A stretch of DNA of 63,045 bases, filler included, from Reticulomyxa filosa (GCA_000512085.1; 14 parts of 14 records of this genome joined end to end with filler, not necessarily neighbours in it); one strand, 5' to 3'. Positions 1 to 13,893 are shown, counted from the first letter of the whole stretch. Program-made: numbers and translations. Notes: generated from the letters alone by a model not told the origin.

Positions 1-628
1 CTTCTACGTGCCAAAAACAACAATGAGATAAAGGCTAATCAGTTGCTTACCTCTACAAGAAGGGCAACGTGCTAATGTTTACAATGATATAAAATGGTAT
101 TGATTAAAAAAGGTGTTTGCATAAATAACAAATAGCAAAAAATAAAAAAGAATTTTTGGTTTTTTTGTTGAGTTTTTGGTAAACAAGATGCTAAACTCGA
201 TTGTGATCATCTAAGAAGAAAAAAAATTATTTTTCACCTGTCATAGCTTTAAGGATTTTCAAAAGTGCCTTTTCACACTACACTTGTAGGTTGAAGAGTT
301 TTTTCAAGTTTACAAGTCTCTTTAAAATAATTCACAATGCATCTTATACTGTTCAATTAAAAAAAGTTATTATTCTGTCATGATTAATACAAACAAATAT
401 AGCACAGAGCAATCCTAAAAGTATTTTTTTTGAAAATAATTTGTTGATTGTTGACATAAAAAAAATTGGTCAAAATTTTTTGTATTTTGGAAAAATGAAA
501 CTTGTATTTTTTTTTTGCGTATTTAATTACATAATTCAACAGTTTTAATGTTTAAGCAAACAAAAGTAATAATAGTTGAGCTTTCCAAAGATACACCAAA
601 AACACACTTTTGTATAACTCGGAAAGCT

Positions 629-745
629 AAAAAAAAGCAAAGGAAGACAAAAGCAAAAAGAAACAGTAAAATTTGGAGACGCCTAAGGCGCCGCCTTATT
701 TTACTGTTTCTTTTTCGCTTTTTCCTTACTTTGCTTTTTTTTTAA
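629..745. repeat. Long imperfect palindrome (foldback) with GC-rich core, copy 1
   Basis: Left arm aaaaaaaagcaaaggaagacaaaagcaaaaagaaacagtaaaat pairs with right arm attttactgtttctttttcgctttttccttactttgctttttttt around gacgcc-taa-ggcgcc. Confidence 0.8.
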
Positions 746-2722
746 AATTTGAATGCCTTTTATTTGCTTTTGCAAAATCGCTTTTTATTTGATATTTCAT
801 TAACTCACGCAAATTTTACTTTTTTTTTTATGTTATTTCTGCGAAATAAAAAAAATTTAAATATGAAAATACAATAATTTTTGAAATTACAAATATGTAA
901 TAACTTTTAAAAAGTATGATGCATGTTTAATTTTTCGGACACCATATATATATTATAGTTAAGAAAAGCAAATTTATTGTTTGTGATTTAGAAAATTTTT
1001 TGCTTATATTCTTTTTTTAATATTTTTTTTGATATGTGCATATGGAAGCGAAATAAATGTAATTATGACATATATATTATTGTGTTTTTTCATTTTTTTT
1101 GTTAATAATCAGTTTGACATCAACTTGATTAATTTGCAATATTAATCTATCATATTATTTGACTATGTTTCAGGCAAACCGTTTGTTGAATAAATAATTT
1201 GACAATTTTAAGTCGACATAACAAGTTGTATACAGATCCTTAAAAACACTTTTCTGTAATAGATTTTACTGTAAGTAAAAAACTCGGATTCAAATAATAT
1301 AATGCAGATATTTTTTCTTTTAGTACTATTTAGAAAAACAGTTATATTGATAGTGTAATTTGTAGAATACTTGAAATCATTTTTTTATATAATTTACTTA
1401 TTAAATAAAAGCGAAATTAAGGATTCATAAAGCTTAATAAAAATATAACTTAATCAAACAAGTAATTCAAAGGTTCACTTATTTATCTAAAAAAAGCTCA
1501 AAGTCATTATTTTGTAGCAAATGCTTTTCATCATGATACTACTACATATGCAATTATCACAAACTAAACAATTTGCGAATGATTGAAACAAATATCATTT
1601 TTACTTAAACTTTATTTATACTAAATTTTACTTTTCTTAATTATGATAATTATATTTTAAACATTTCAAAATTATATATTTTTTAATGTTCAAATTTGGT
1701 TTACTGTAAATAATAAAGAAAAAATTTAATTATATAAAGAAAACTGATTTTAAGGATTCGACAAATAATAGAATCACTGAATACTAATTTTATTTTTTGA
1801 CAACGACTCTTATACAAATTGTTATGACTACCAATAGTATGATTGTAATTAATTAATATAAAAAAAGAAAATAAAATCAAGCATAGTTTAAGATTTTACA
1901 TATTTGAAATTTGTATAATAAATATCCAAATGTTATCTTATACAGCATAACCCAAAAGAAAGTTGTCTAAAATTGCACTTTAAAAAAATAATCAATTTCT
2001 TTCATGAATAAGCAATATATAAGAAACAACATGAAGTATATGTTGTAATGATTTAAATAATGAAAGAGTAGTTATTCGACTGTTACACTACAACAGAATG
2101 AACAAGTACAGTTAAACAAAATTATCGAATATTTGTTGAATCATTTGCACAATGATCACATTCAAATTTTTTCTCTACATTATTAGTAGACATATGTCTA
2201 TCATAATTTGATCTGCTGGTAAACTAATGAAAAATATTTTTAAAAAAAAAACTTGCTACAATACGCACACACATATGCATCATTTGTAAAACGTTCTAAA
2301 GTTATGAAAGTGCTATATTTTCTTTTATATTCATTACAATCAAAACATCTATTTCGTCATTGCTTTTAGTCTTGATATCATAGTCATCATCGTTCAACTC
2401 AAGAAAGCACCACATCCACAACAGAAACTAATCAAAAGTCATTCTCTGGAAAGACTTTGCTATATATCACAGAACTGTTTGGGACAACACTGATTGCAGT
2501 CCAACTTTGTCAAAAATCAAAGTTATTCAACCGGAATTTCACCAATCGATTCCAAATAATTTGTTCTAACGTCCTGACCCTGTTGAGACACTTTAATTTT
2601 ATTTTTTATTTTTTATCTTTGAAATTAGTGGTCATTTTTGGTATATTTTGACATGTGACAAGCATTATCGTTCTAATGTGAAAAGACAAAGTGATGTTCC
2701 AAAATTTTTTTTGGCACAGTGG

Positions 2723-2858
2723 AAAAAATAAAAAATTACAAACAAAAATAAAAAATCAAAATGAAATATTTTGTTCCAAGCGGCGCCCTTGGCGCCGCTT
2801 GGAATAAAATTTTTCTTTTTTGCTTTTTTCATTTTTTTTTGTAATTTTTTATTTTTTT
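2723..2858. repeat. Long imperfect palindrome (~65-bp arms) with GC-rich core, copy 2
   Basis: Perfect inner stem ttccaagcggcgcc-ctt-ggcgccgcttggaa, extended by complementary A-rich and T-rich arms (aaaaaataaaaaattacaaa ... tttgtaattttttatttttt). Confidence 0.85.
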
Positions 2859-3244
2859 AAATTTTAAGTTTTTGCTCTTTAAATATTTTGGCGGCTTTCA
2901 TAGACTAATTAATTGTGCTTTTTTGTTTATATAATTGTTTGTTTAGTTATTTATACAATTATTTGCTCATGCAGAAACACGCGAATTTAATTTTTTTTAT
3001 GTGAGTCATGCATTATATCAATACAAACCCTTTTACAAAGAAATAAAACTAAAAGAATTTTTTAAAGTTTTTTTTGTTCAGTAACATGTAAGCAGATATT
3101 ATTCTGACAAACTTTTTGACAGCTCATGCAATTTTGCTTCCTTAAAAAGGGAAAAAAGTTAGAAGTTTGAATTGCAAACAATTTGATCAACCAAAGAAAA
3201 CTATGGCAATGTGGACTTACTGTTTTTGTTTTTTTAATTATTAT

Positions 3245-3480
3245 TGGGATCTAAATTATTTTAAAGATAGATTTATCAGTATCAAATTCCTTTTTTGCAC
3301 CTTCATCCGATTCAACTATGTTATCATCCTTATCAACCAATTGCAATTTTAAATTTTTTTTTTGTTTTTTTCGAAATCTTTTTGTTACATGCAATAATAA
3401 CTTTGACGAAGAAGTTCTTGAAATGTCAATATTTTTATGTTATCAATTTTCTCTTCCATCCACCTGTATATACGCTGTAA
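3245..3480 (-). pseudogene. Decayed coding fragment of an unidentified gene family
   Basis: Protein-like pieces in shifting frames (LTFQELLRQSYYC; LQLVDKDDNIVESDEGAKKEFDTDKSIFKII) interrupted by stops and frameshifts. Confidence 0.35.
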
Positions 3481-3930
3481 ACTATTTATATTTTGTTTGT
3501 AATTCGAATTAAGAAAAAAATTTTAAAAAGCACAATTAGTAACTTCTTCTTCTTTGCTATCTGGACTAGTCTATTTATGGGTAATATTATCGATATACAT
3601 TAACAATAATGATATTAAAAATAAAAAATACATAATAAAAACAAGGTAAGCATCAATGGAAAAGCAAATAAAGCAATGTCATCTTTTAATTTCATGTTTC
3701 CATTTGGATTTACTCAATAACCACGCTCCAAATTATTCATTTGACATTGTTTTAAATTTCCAATTATCTTTTTGTTCTCTTTGGTTCCACTATTTCATCC
3801 ACTTTTTGTTTGTTCATGTTTTTTTAGTATACATAATATTTTTATCTTTATTTGTATCTTTACGTTTTGTACTTTCTTTTTTGTTCGTCTCTTTCTTTTG
3901 TGTCATATTCTTTAAAAAAATGACACAAAT

Positions 3931-4030
3931 NNNNNNNNNNNNNNNNNNNNNNNNNNNNNNNNNNNNNNNNNNNNTTAATTAATTAANNNNNNNNNNNNNN
4001 NNNNNNNNNNNNNNNNNNNNNNNNNNNNNN
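3931..4030. other. Artificial contig linker; identical copies at 6015-6114, 7892-7991, 10023-10122, 26772-26871, 28042-28141, 34879-34978, 50788-50887, 52068-52167, 53832-53931, 55385-55484, 58312-58411, 61060-61159
   Basis: N44-TTAATTAATTAA-N44 repeated 13 times, with stops in all six frames; genes are cut at linkers and not continued on the other side. Confidence 0.97.
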
Positions 4031-4064
<34 letters not shown>

Positions 4065-4066
<2 letters not shown>

Positions 4067-5790
4067 AAAACTCATCAAATTCCTCCTTATCCAAGCGTCT
4101 AAAACTAAAATCCGAGCGGCCGGCAACAGTATCAGTGCTTGCGACAAGACGTAAATGGACGATATCATTGGCGTGTAATGGTACATTGCCATCAATATCC
4201 ATTTTGTTTGTTTCACACTTGGTAAGGTTTCCATCCTCACAGTTGGTTGTCAACTGCAGCCGCCGGTCCTCCTCTTCTTCCTCTGCCTTCTCCATCGTCG
4301 TCATTGGACAAAGACTTTCATTGCTCAATATAGAAGCTCCACCAATCGTGTTCTTTTGATCCGGTGTCAATATCGCAGCTGCATTTTCTATCATAATTAA
4401 GCACACGCCGCACATGTACCCTCCTCCTCCTCAGTAGCAAAAAAAAAAAAAAAAAAAAAGTGCACTGCAGTGGAAACAGATCGGTTATGTTTACATTCAC
4501 GTTTAAGACAACCCTTGTGTTATGAATGAAGGACTCATTGAATGGCATATTTGAAAAAAGCAAAGAGGGAAGGAAAAAAAAAAAAAAAAAAAAAAAAAAG
4601 AAACAACAACTGGTGCAAAAACGAGCGACAGGTAGAGGCATTTTGGAAGAGACAACATCGTTTGGTGAGTTGGAGCATGGCTGTGACATTAAGCCAACAA
4701 TGGTCGGAGATGGCATAGTGATAGCATTGGGCTCACAGAGCATTCTTCGATCATTGTCCCCACCCGCAGAGGCCAAGGTTGTCAACAGCTCCACCACTTC
4801 TCGTTCTCGTTCATTGTCGATGATTGCCGGTTTTCTTGTCTCTGCTTCAATTGCATTGATTGTGGCTGTGTTGGAGTTGTGATTGATGTTGGGATTGAGG
4901 TTGGCATTGGGACTTAGATTGGTACTGGCATTGATGTTAATGCTGGTGTTAGTGTTAGCGATTGTGTTTATGGTAACGGCGGTGGTAGTGGTGGCCTTTG
5001 TTATCTCCTCTTTTGACTTTGTTTCTTTTGACGTGTCATTTGTGATCATGTCATCACCTTTTTTTAGGTCATTGACTCCGCTTACTCCATTTGCTCTCTC
5101 CATAAACATGCCGTTTTGCTTGTCATTGCAATGCGAAACACCTTTCGTCGTGGATATTCCTTGCTTGGAAACTTCGGACAAATTCTTATTCTCCTCGTTC
5201 TTGTACGAAGACGTTGATGACGACGAGGGCAAGGGCGTGGATGTGAAGGAAAAAGAGGAAGAAGAGGAAGAAGACGAGGATGAGGACAAAGACGACGCCA
5301 ATGAGGACGAAGTGGATGGATCTGGACATTTCTTGCTTGCTGGCGTCTTTGCGTCTTCAACAATGTCATTTTTAATGGTCACATTTGCATTATTGTTATT
5401 ATTGTTGTTATTGTTGCTATTATTGTGATCGTGATTGTGATTGTGATTGTGATTAGGATTAGGATTATAATTGTGGTTATGATTATTATGATTATGATTA
5501 TGGTTATGGTTATGGCCATGGCTATGATTGTTTAGGTCGTCATTGTCATTTGTATTACCGTGCTTCTTTGTGACTGCCGCATCGACATGAGATGTGTGAT
5601 GGCTATCATACGCTTCGAGTGGAAAGGACCGGACATAAGGCCCTGTCGAGTTTGCCATGCCACGACCTCCATTTTCTTCATTACTATACTTGCGTTTGTC
5701 AACGCAGCACACATTTATCCCATCTAAGCATTCCCAGTGACCAACACACAAACCACCCCCCCCTCCATTCAATCATTGAGATCATTCTTC
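4065..5790 (-). CDS. Partial multi-exon hypothetical protein; Asn/His/Ser low complexity with a possible split CxxC...CxxC zinc finger
   Basis: 484-aa and 146-aa ORFs separated by T-run introns; FCTSC and MCGVCL motifs; no family recognised. Confidence 0.55.
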
Positions 5791-6114
5791 AAAAAAAAAA
5801 AAAAACCAAGCCCCTCCTCAATTACATCATAACCCCTTTTATTTGTTTCTATGTGATAAAGGGAAAAAAAAAAAAAAAAAATTTGGACTTTTCTTAACGA
5901 GATGCTAATAAGCAATTGACTTCTTTCATTACCTATAATCATCAACAACAACAACAACAAAAAAGTATATAAATGTTTTTTATACGTATAAACATACACA
6001 AACATTAAAAAAAANNNNNNNNNNNNNNNNNNNNNNNNNNNNNNNNNNNNNNNNNNNNTTAATTAATTAANNNNNNNNNNNNNNNNNNNNNNNNNNNNNN
6101 NNNNNNNNNNNNNN

Positions 6115-7424
6115 TTCTCTTCTCTTTCTTCTTCTTCTTCTTCTTCTTCCATTTGCTTGAAATCGCGAAGTAGATTCGACACCGTAGTTTGAAGGGTGCG
6201 TTTCGAAACAATAAAATACTGAACAAAAGTTTGCTTTTGCGAGTCATCCAACAGTGATAACACTCCTAACAATACATTCACTTGGCCCATCCATTCTTTA
6301 TCTCCTTGAATATTTGTACTTGCTTCCTCTTCATTCTTATTCTCCTCTTTTTTTTTTTCTCCTTTTTCTTCTTCTTCTTCTTCTTCTTCTTCTTCTTTTT
6401 CGATACCGTTCTCTTCATTGTTTGTCATCTTTCCCATCACCACATAATGCTCAAACATTTCCTCTATTTTTATTCTTTTTCAAAATTATTTATTATTTAA
6501 ACATAATACAATACAATATTTCTGCTACACACACAAACACACAAACACACATATGCAAAAAAGAAAAATGGTAGAACTTGGTCGCCCAATCCAAATGATG
6601 GAATTGGAAGAAGAGTTCCGGAACAATGGAAAGAAAGATTTTATTTTGTGGTGGCAACGGCGAGTTGTGTCCCCAAAAGGACGACACGTACTTGGCAAAC
6701 CACAGACAGCATCCTCGAATGGCAAGCGTGCGAATGTGGACGGAGGTGTCGGCGACGCGAGCGAGCAGCGCATGGACGACGGTGGGATTGATCAACGTCG
6801 CATTCTTCATGCCAATGGCACAGATATTGGACACCACGGTTTGTCGAATGCCGTCGTCCACATCCTTTGACCTCGTCACGGCGTAGCGCATCAATCCTGC
6901 ACGTGGCTGGACCCGGTCGGTTCAGCGCGAGCGTGCGCAAGCACTGACACATGGCGAGACGCACATGCACGTCTTTGTCGTCGAAGCGCTTCAGAAACAT
7001 GAAAAACACATACGACCAATCGTCGTTAAAGTCGAGTTTGTGTCTTGGCGACGAAAATAGCTGACCAAACATTTTCACGATTACCATGCGACGAGTTGCA
7101 TCCTCGTCTTGAATCATTTCGTACAAATGTGGGATAAAGTTGCTCTTGTATTCGTTGTTTAACTTGGACAGTTCCAATAACAATGACACTGTCATTTCGT
7201 ATTCGTGTTTGCATTTGTGTGATCTGCTTTTACCTATCTTTTCTTTTTCATCGTCCTTTTCGTTTGAACTGTCAATGTCGGACATCATTTTAACCCATTC
7301 TTTGTCCACACTTTTCTCTGTCCTTTGCATTTCCTCACTCATTTCTATCCATAACTCTTGTTCCATTTCTTCCAACTCTTTTCATTTTGCTGTCACTCTC
7401 TTTTTTTTTTATATATACATATAC

Positions 7425-7456
<32 letters not shown>

Positions 7457-7800
7457 GTATATATAAAAAAAAAAAAGAAGAGTGACATTAAAACAACAGA
7501 CTCTAAACCTTGAGGGGGTTGTTTGATCAAGACTTGCGGGACGAAGTTGGAAAGGTATGTCTTGATGTTCACGTGCGTTTGGCGGAGAATGTTGACGACC
7601 AAAGAGTAGCGTGTGCTTTGGTAATAAATCTTGAAAGGGGGACACAAGTGCAGCAACAGGTAGCTCATCAAGTCCATATCGAGCTCACTCGAATGTTCTA
7701 TCACTCCTACCACTATCGATTCGATATGAAACAATACTTGCTGCTCTTGGTTCTCTGATGCTATCGCAAACAATCTGCGAACCAATTCCATCAACTTTTC
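6115..7800 (-). CDS. PDS5: Sister chromatid cohesion protein Pds5, internal HEAT-repeat fragment (2 introns, 1 frameshift near 6900)
   Basis: FIPHLYEMIQDEDATRRMVIVKMFGQLFS, FLKRFDDKDVHVRLAMCQ, RSKDVDDGIR and LLARVADTSVHIR match successive Pds5 N-terminal motifs in order. Confidence 0.85.
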
Positions 7801-7991
7801 ATTTCATGTATGTATGTGTGGGTGTATACAATACATTTCAAACAATTGAGGTTCAAATCAAAACTCCGACTCTCTCTCTCTCTCTCTCTCTNNNNNNNNN
7901 NNNNNNNNNNNNNNNNNNNNNNNNNNNNNNNNNNNTTAATTAATTAANNNNNNNNNNNNNNNNNNNNNNNNNNNNNNNNNNNNNNNNNNNN

Positions 7992-10003
7992 CAAACAAGA
8001 AGAAGAAGAAGGAGGAGGAAGAATAGAAGAAGAAGAAGGAAGAACAGGAGGAGGAGGAGGAGGAGGAGGAGGAGGAGGTGTAGACATGGCAGAAGACGTA
8101 GCGTGAATAGACTTATTCGTCTCCGACGCTAAAGCACAATGATCTTTGGCTTGTGAACGCACAGATGATGCTTTCATGCTTGCAATTGCATTATTGGATG
8201 AAGTTGATGATGGCTTCCTTTGTGGATGCGCATCAACAGTGGTCTTTCGTGACGACGATTGCACGACTGACACTTTGGAGGCTTTGTCCGACGCCTTGCC
8301 AAATAGCAACATGACAACAAAACAACCAAACTTCTCCTAAATACCCCAGGTCTTTTGCTGTCGTCTTTGGACAATGGATCAAGAGGACGGAAAAAAAAAA
8401 AAACAAAACACTGCATTGTACACACACACACATATAAGCGTAGACACGCCACAACTTTGAAGAGGTTCGTGGAGACATTCGGAACAGACAGATCTCCTCT
8501 ATTCGTGTCCGACTCGTAAGACATTGTCGGTCCATTGATATGTGTTGTCGTTGTCATTGTCATTGCCATTGCCGAATTCGGATTGTTGGTCGATGAGTAC
8601 ATCGACTTGCTATCGTTGTGACTCGATGGTGTCGGCTTGTCTTTTTCAACATTGGCAACTGTCCCTTCTGCTGTCGTCGACGCAGTCGATGCCACCCGTC
8701 CTGTACTCATCCCCGAAGGATGAGTCAACGACGATGGCGGTGCCGACGTTGAGTCAATACTTATCGTCGACGGTAATGACTTCACGCTCGACACACTTGG
8801 CGATGCTTTTCCGTGTCGCTTTGATTGTTTCTCCTAGTTTGTCATCCCCCCTCCCCTCCGTTTCACATTTTTTTTTTTTGGTGCATATATATATACATAT
8901 ATATATGTGTATACATATATATATTATATATCTTGCATTTATTGTGTATATTGGTGTGTGTATTTCAATTCACAAATTATACATATATTCACTTGTTTTT
9001 TGGCAGGCTTGTTCTTCTTGTCCTTTTTTTGATAAACATTTGCCGATTTTTTGTGGTCTTTTTTTTTATCCGTCAGCTGTCGTGGCTGTCGTGGCTGCCG
9101 TTTTGGTGACGTGTCTGTCTTTTGTCGAAGATGGATTTGTGGCAACGGCACGTTTACTACTGTCATTTGTAGTTATATTGTTTCTATTTTGCTCCGTCAA
9201 AACGTCGGTATGTGCGATTGCACGTTTATTTTCATTGACGCTGGCAATATCGTTTCTATCCTCCATTTTTGTGTCACCGTTGATCCCTTTGTAATAATCA
9301 TCATTAGTATTGTTATTTTTTTTTTTTTTTTTTTTTCTTTTTTATTATTATTATTAGTATTATTATTATTGCTTTCATCATCATCTTCTTCTTCTTCTTC
9401 TTCTTCATGTCCATCACTCTCACTGTCTTCTTCCTCGTCAATGTTCTCTTCGTCTTCATCTTCTTCGTGTTCTCCTCGGTCTTCGTCGCTGTCATCTACT
9501 TTTCCTCTTCTTTTTCGTTTCTGATCTCTTTCTTTTTCTTTTTCTTCTTTGAATTGTTGATTGTAATCATCGTCGCTATCAGACCCGCCGAGGTCAATGC
9601 CCAGATCGGAGTCAAATCCGTCTATGTCATTTTCGTCATCGCCACTCATTAGTTCGCTACCTTCTACCACTGGGCACATTCAGCATTCAAAAGATTGAAA
9701 TTGATGTGGTTCATAATTGATGAATGAGTTAATTGTTCATTTATTCATTTTTTTATTTTTAAGAATGAGTTTTAAAAAAAAGATAAAATAAATAATTGGC
9801 AAAATGAAACAAAAATAAAAATGCAAAAAAAAAAAAAAAAAACCTTGAGTTTGTTCATCATCATTTTGAAACTTAGTATACAAAAGATCATCATCAAACC
9901 ATTCTGAAGATTGCCATGCGTCTTGAACATAAATATCTACTTCTTCTTGCATGTCCTGCACTAATTCAAGTTCACATTGACGACTCCTTACTTTTTCCCA
10001 CAC
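7992..10003 (-). CDS. Probable CCR4-NOT subunit NOT3-like fragment (end of N-terminal domain plus low-complexity linker)
   Basis: VQDMQEEVDIYVQDAWQSSEWFDDDLLYTKF resembles the Not3 IKDDVEYYV...DFEENEFLYDDL segment, followed by long acidic and S/T/P-rich exons. Confidence 0.45.
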
Positions 10004-10122
10004 CTTTTTTTTTATTTATTTGNNNNNNNNNNNNNNNNNNNNNNNNNNNNNNNNNNNNNNNNNNNNTTAATTAATTAANNNNNNNNNNNNNNNNNNNNNN
10101 NNNNNNNNNNNNNNNNNNNNNN

Positions 10123-10165
10123 AATAACAAATAACAAATAACAAATAACAAATAACAAATAACAA
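10123..10165. repeat. (AATAACA)n heptamer tandem repeat at contig edge
   Basis: About six tandem copies of aataaca. Confidence 0.9.
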
Positions 10166-10178
10166 AAAATAAAAAGAC

Positions 10179-13100
10179 ATGGAACAATTGAAAAAAGAAC
10201 TTGTAGTGCTGAACAACAAAATCAAACATTACTTGTGCAATGGTACTGGCATCGGATACCCAAAGAGGTCTGATATCTCTGTGCTATCCTCCTCGTTGAA
10301 TCGTGGCCTTGGAGCAAAGTCCAACCGATCCGGACTCAAGTACCATTACTCCATTCAACAGGCGTTAGCGCATCAACAGACAAACACAGCAGATTCGCGT
10401 ATTCGGTCCAAACACAAAATGAAAGACAAAGATAAAGAGAAGGAAAAGGAACGGGACAAAGAAAAAGACAAAGACAAAGACAAAAGTGAAGAAGAGGCCG
10501 AAGAGCGTCCTTCCAATCGATGGAATCGACGTCTTCCCAATCGATTGCATTTTTACATTTTGAGTAAACTCTTCTACGATTGTCTGTTTAAAAACGTGGA
10601 CGAATTGAGAGATTTATCCAAATGGTGTACCCCTGCAAATAGGTTATAACATACATATTCCCAAATTTTGAAATGTTTTTGTTATTTATGGATTGCAAAA
10701 CAACACACACACACACAATTGTATGCAGAAGTCAAATTCGATCGGAGCACGAATTGACGTTCTCGCAATTCTTTGGCCATTGTATGAATATTTATCGATT
10801 GTTTTATCATATCACCGATGAGACCTTTGATCGAATCATTGAACGCAGCGGTGCTCTCAGTGTCGATAGCATCCCATTTAAGGTTGTTCAAATGGATCAC
10901 TGGGATAGTCCCTCCCCCCTCAATCCTCTTTCTTTTTCGTCTGCCAATATATCAAGTTTTGTTTTTTTTTTTTTTTTAATGTCAGCAGATATATGTACAT
11001 ATATCCCATTTCGTAGCACATATTACAACATATGACACTTTTGTGTTGAATGAATGTAAATGATGCAAAGGTGAACAAAAAGACAAAGAGAGTAGCAATT
11101 CGTTGGAACAGGAGTTTGCATCTTACTTACGTAATCACCAACTCTATGCCCACAATAGTCTGTTGACTCGCATGGGCAGATATTCCAGTATTTTATGTGA
11201 ACGCGCATACGGATTCGCTTTGCAAGTATACGAAACCGATTTGCCGCAATTGTATTCAAGCAAAGTGCACAGCAGTCACGCAAAAAAGGCGCTTCGTGTA
11301 TTTGAAAGCCATGCCTTTGGACCAATGTCGGCAGAATATCGAAATCGATTGATCAACGAAACCGAAAAGATTTGGAAATCCAATCGACAGGCGTGCGATG
11401 CTGTGAGTTTAACAGGCAGAATGTGCTGTCGAGCCTTTCATGATAACTCAAGTGTTGTCAACATATCTGTTATTGAAATTAATCAAACTGCATTGTTGAA
11501 TGAAGAAAAAGCTCAACGATATGGAACAGATGATGACGGGCACTTTTCTGGCTTTTCCTCATTGCATGCTTGTGGGTATGTTTTACCCCGTTTTTTTTTT
11601 TTTTTTTTATTGTTTAATTAGTTTGATAAAGCGACACTTATTATTGAAATGATAGATGTGGCCGAACCATTCGAAGAAGAGAAGATCCATTCAATCTGCT
11701 TGATGCGAATCACAATTTCTTTCAATGCAAGTGCTGTGTGGAATCATCGCATTGTCAATACACTTTACTGGCACGCATGGGCGGTACTGGCAATGCTTCG
11801 AATGACACGGGTCACAATAGCAAAGAAATGAAGACAGACGCAGAGACGTCCACAAACCCGACCGAGACGAAGAGTCATCTCAAAGATGCGTCAGGGACAG
11901 TCAGTGACAATAGTCACGCAGAGCAAAAGAAGAATACACGAGAGTCTGCCGAAGACCAATCGTGTCGAAAGGTGATGATCGGAGCCAATGGCATTCCAAT
12001 CGTTAGTTACTATGGCGGATTTGGTCTTCATATTTTGGGTGGAAGTGAAATGTATCATAAGATTAGCGGAGTCAACCAAACCGGATTTCAAAAAAAAATC
12101 GTTTTTGCTGAGATGGGACGTCCCTATTTCCTCAAGCATTTATTCCTTTCACTTGGAATACAGACACAAAACGGGCCGCTTTAAAGACACAATCATAGGT
12201 TTTGCACTTATGTATATTTATCTCTTGTGTTGTTTGTTCACTTCCATTGCTACACTATCACCATCACAATCTCATAGCGCAAGCCTCTGGGATCAATGAA
12301 TCGTTTAGTGGTAATACCGAAAGTGACTTGGAAACAGGCGATGAAAATATCGCTGTGTGGATTCGACGCTTACGCAAAACAGCACAAATGAATTCGGAGC
12401 ATCCGAATCGAGACAGCTATGTCCCTTGCTTTGTTGGCTTAGAATATGAGTGCTATCGTGGACATCGCTTCATTCTCAATTATTCCAGTGTCTTGCTGTT
12501 TGCACATGACAACGGTGTTTGGGCTGAGCATTTGCAAAACAAACAGACCACCGAAGAAGACTTATTGGAGCAATTGAATTTGCCCAAAGTCACCAAAGAA
12601 ACTCGTTTCATTGGAAATGAATTCCCTCCGTGTGATTTGCCATTGCGTTATCCGTGCAAGTTTCGCTTTTGTTTTTATTTTGTACTTTGTACACTTTCGC
12701 TTTGTTATAATTGTAACTTTGAAAATAGAAACTGCCGAGCAGATGGTATCTCATCCGCAAAAGGAGCAATTAATTCACAATTGCAAAGAGTATTTGTGGT
12801 TACTCCACCCTCACCCATTTCTATTGTTTGCAATCCTGTCATCAAGGTTATTATTATGTATGATCCTATCTCTCTATATTTATTTCATTTTTTTTTTTTT
12901 TTTTTGGAAAAAAAAAAACGCAATATAGAGCCAAAATGCGGATGCCACATTCAGCCTAGACGCTCCTGTAACATTACCATCTTCCCAATTTTTAGTGTTT
13001 CGATTGCCTTACATTTATTATTTTGAAAAACGAGGCTTGCCTCCTGATAAATTAAGATTGTCTCGTGGGCTCTTGCAGTCTTCAGTGAAAACAGGAATCA

Positions 13101-13411
13101 TTAGTGATCACAACAATACAAACACCGAGCAAAGTGAATTACATGAGCACACTGACACGGCAAATACAAGCAAAAATAAACCCAAAAATGTTTCATTGAC
13201 CTCGGCGAGTGCTGTCATTAGCAATCCACCAACTCGGCCAAAAGAAGATCGCCGATACCGGCGAAGGAGGCCAAGAAGAATTGACGACAATACCGAACGA
13301 GATAACATTGGTGGAGGGCTGTCAACTGGGACCGTCAAATTTCGAATTGCCGACAAGAAAAAAGATAAATTAAACATTCAAATTATGACTAAAGAATCAC
13401 AGACCAAATGA
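10179..13411 (+). CDS. SMG8: Nonsense-mediated decay factor SMG8, 5'-truncated; about 6 GT-AG introns; frameshift at A-run 12090-12098
   Basis: YETDLPQLYSSKVH, IWKSNRQACDAVSLTG, ACGCGRTIRRREDPF, LLRWDV, FVGLEYECYRGHRF, SQLQRVFVVTP and VFRLPYIY are SMG8 motifs in the expected order. Confidence 0.9.
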
Positions 13412-13440
13412 ATCATTTTTTTTTATTGTTGCTTTTGTTT

Positions 13441-13893
13441 TTATGTGTTGTTTTTGTTGTTATTTTGTTGTTGCGTTTTTTTTTGGTTGCACATTGATGC
13501 CACATTGAGAATATTCAACAGAAGAAAGGGGAAAATGTTGAAGATAAACAAAGAAACCAAAAAATTCAAGAAAATGTGAACATCGGGTGTATCGATCATT
13601 CTTGAGATTAAATTCGAGTTCGTTGGTTCGTACAACATCCAAGCATTGTTATTGCACATTTGGTGATTTTGAAGCCAAGCAACAAAATATGCAAAGGACA
13701 AAAAAAAAGTTTGAAGTACATGAGCGATGAAAACTATTGCAAAGGACAAATACAACAACAAAAATTGGGACGAAAAGAGGAAGAAAAAAAAAAAGCATTG
13801 AATATCACTAAATGCAGCCCGATGGTCGAGGTATTTTGTGTGAAGGATTATAATTGCACCTTTTTCCAATGAGGGAAAAACAACAGGGACCAC
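13441..13893 (-). CDS. Possible small membrane protein or decayed gene fragment
   Basis: 150-aa ORF with two hydrophobic segments; no motif recognised. Confidence 0.2.
   Translation of the reverse strand: MVPVVFPSLEKGAIIILHTKYLDHRAAFSDIQCFFFFFLFSSQFLLLYLSFAIVFIAHVLQTFFLSFAYFVAWLQNHQMCNNNAWMLYEPTNSNLISRMIDTPDVHIFLNFLVSLFIFNIFPFLLLNILNVASMCNQKKTQQQNNNKNNT

Noticed and set aside
4526-5428. Long hydrophobic plus-strand ORFs (also 8542-9524, 51088-51622 minus, 55520-55777)
   Set aside because: Antisense or off-frame shadows of Asn/Glu/Asp low-complexity exons
12135-12280. Possible GC-AG intron in SMG8
   Set aside because: A canonical GT donor at ~12199 in the same phase explains the splice
6115-13411. 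Apparent cluster of PDS5, NOT3-like and SMG8 (two mRNA-decay genes adjacent)
   Set aside because: The genes lie on different contigs separated by linkers, so adjacency is not evidence
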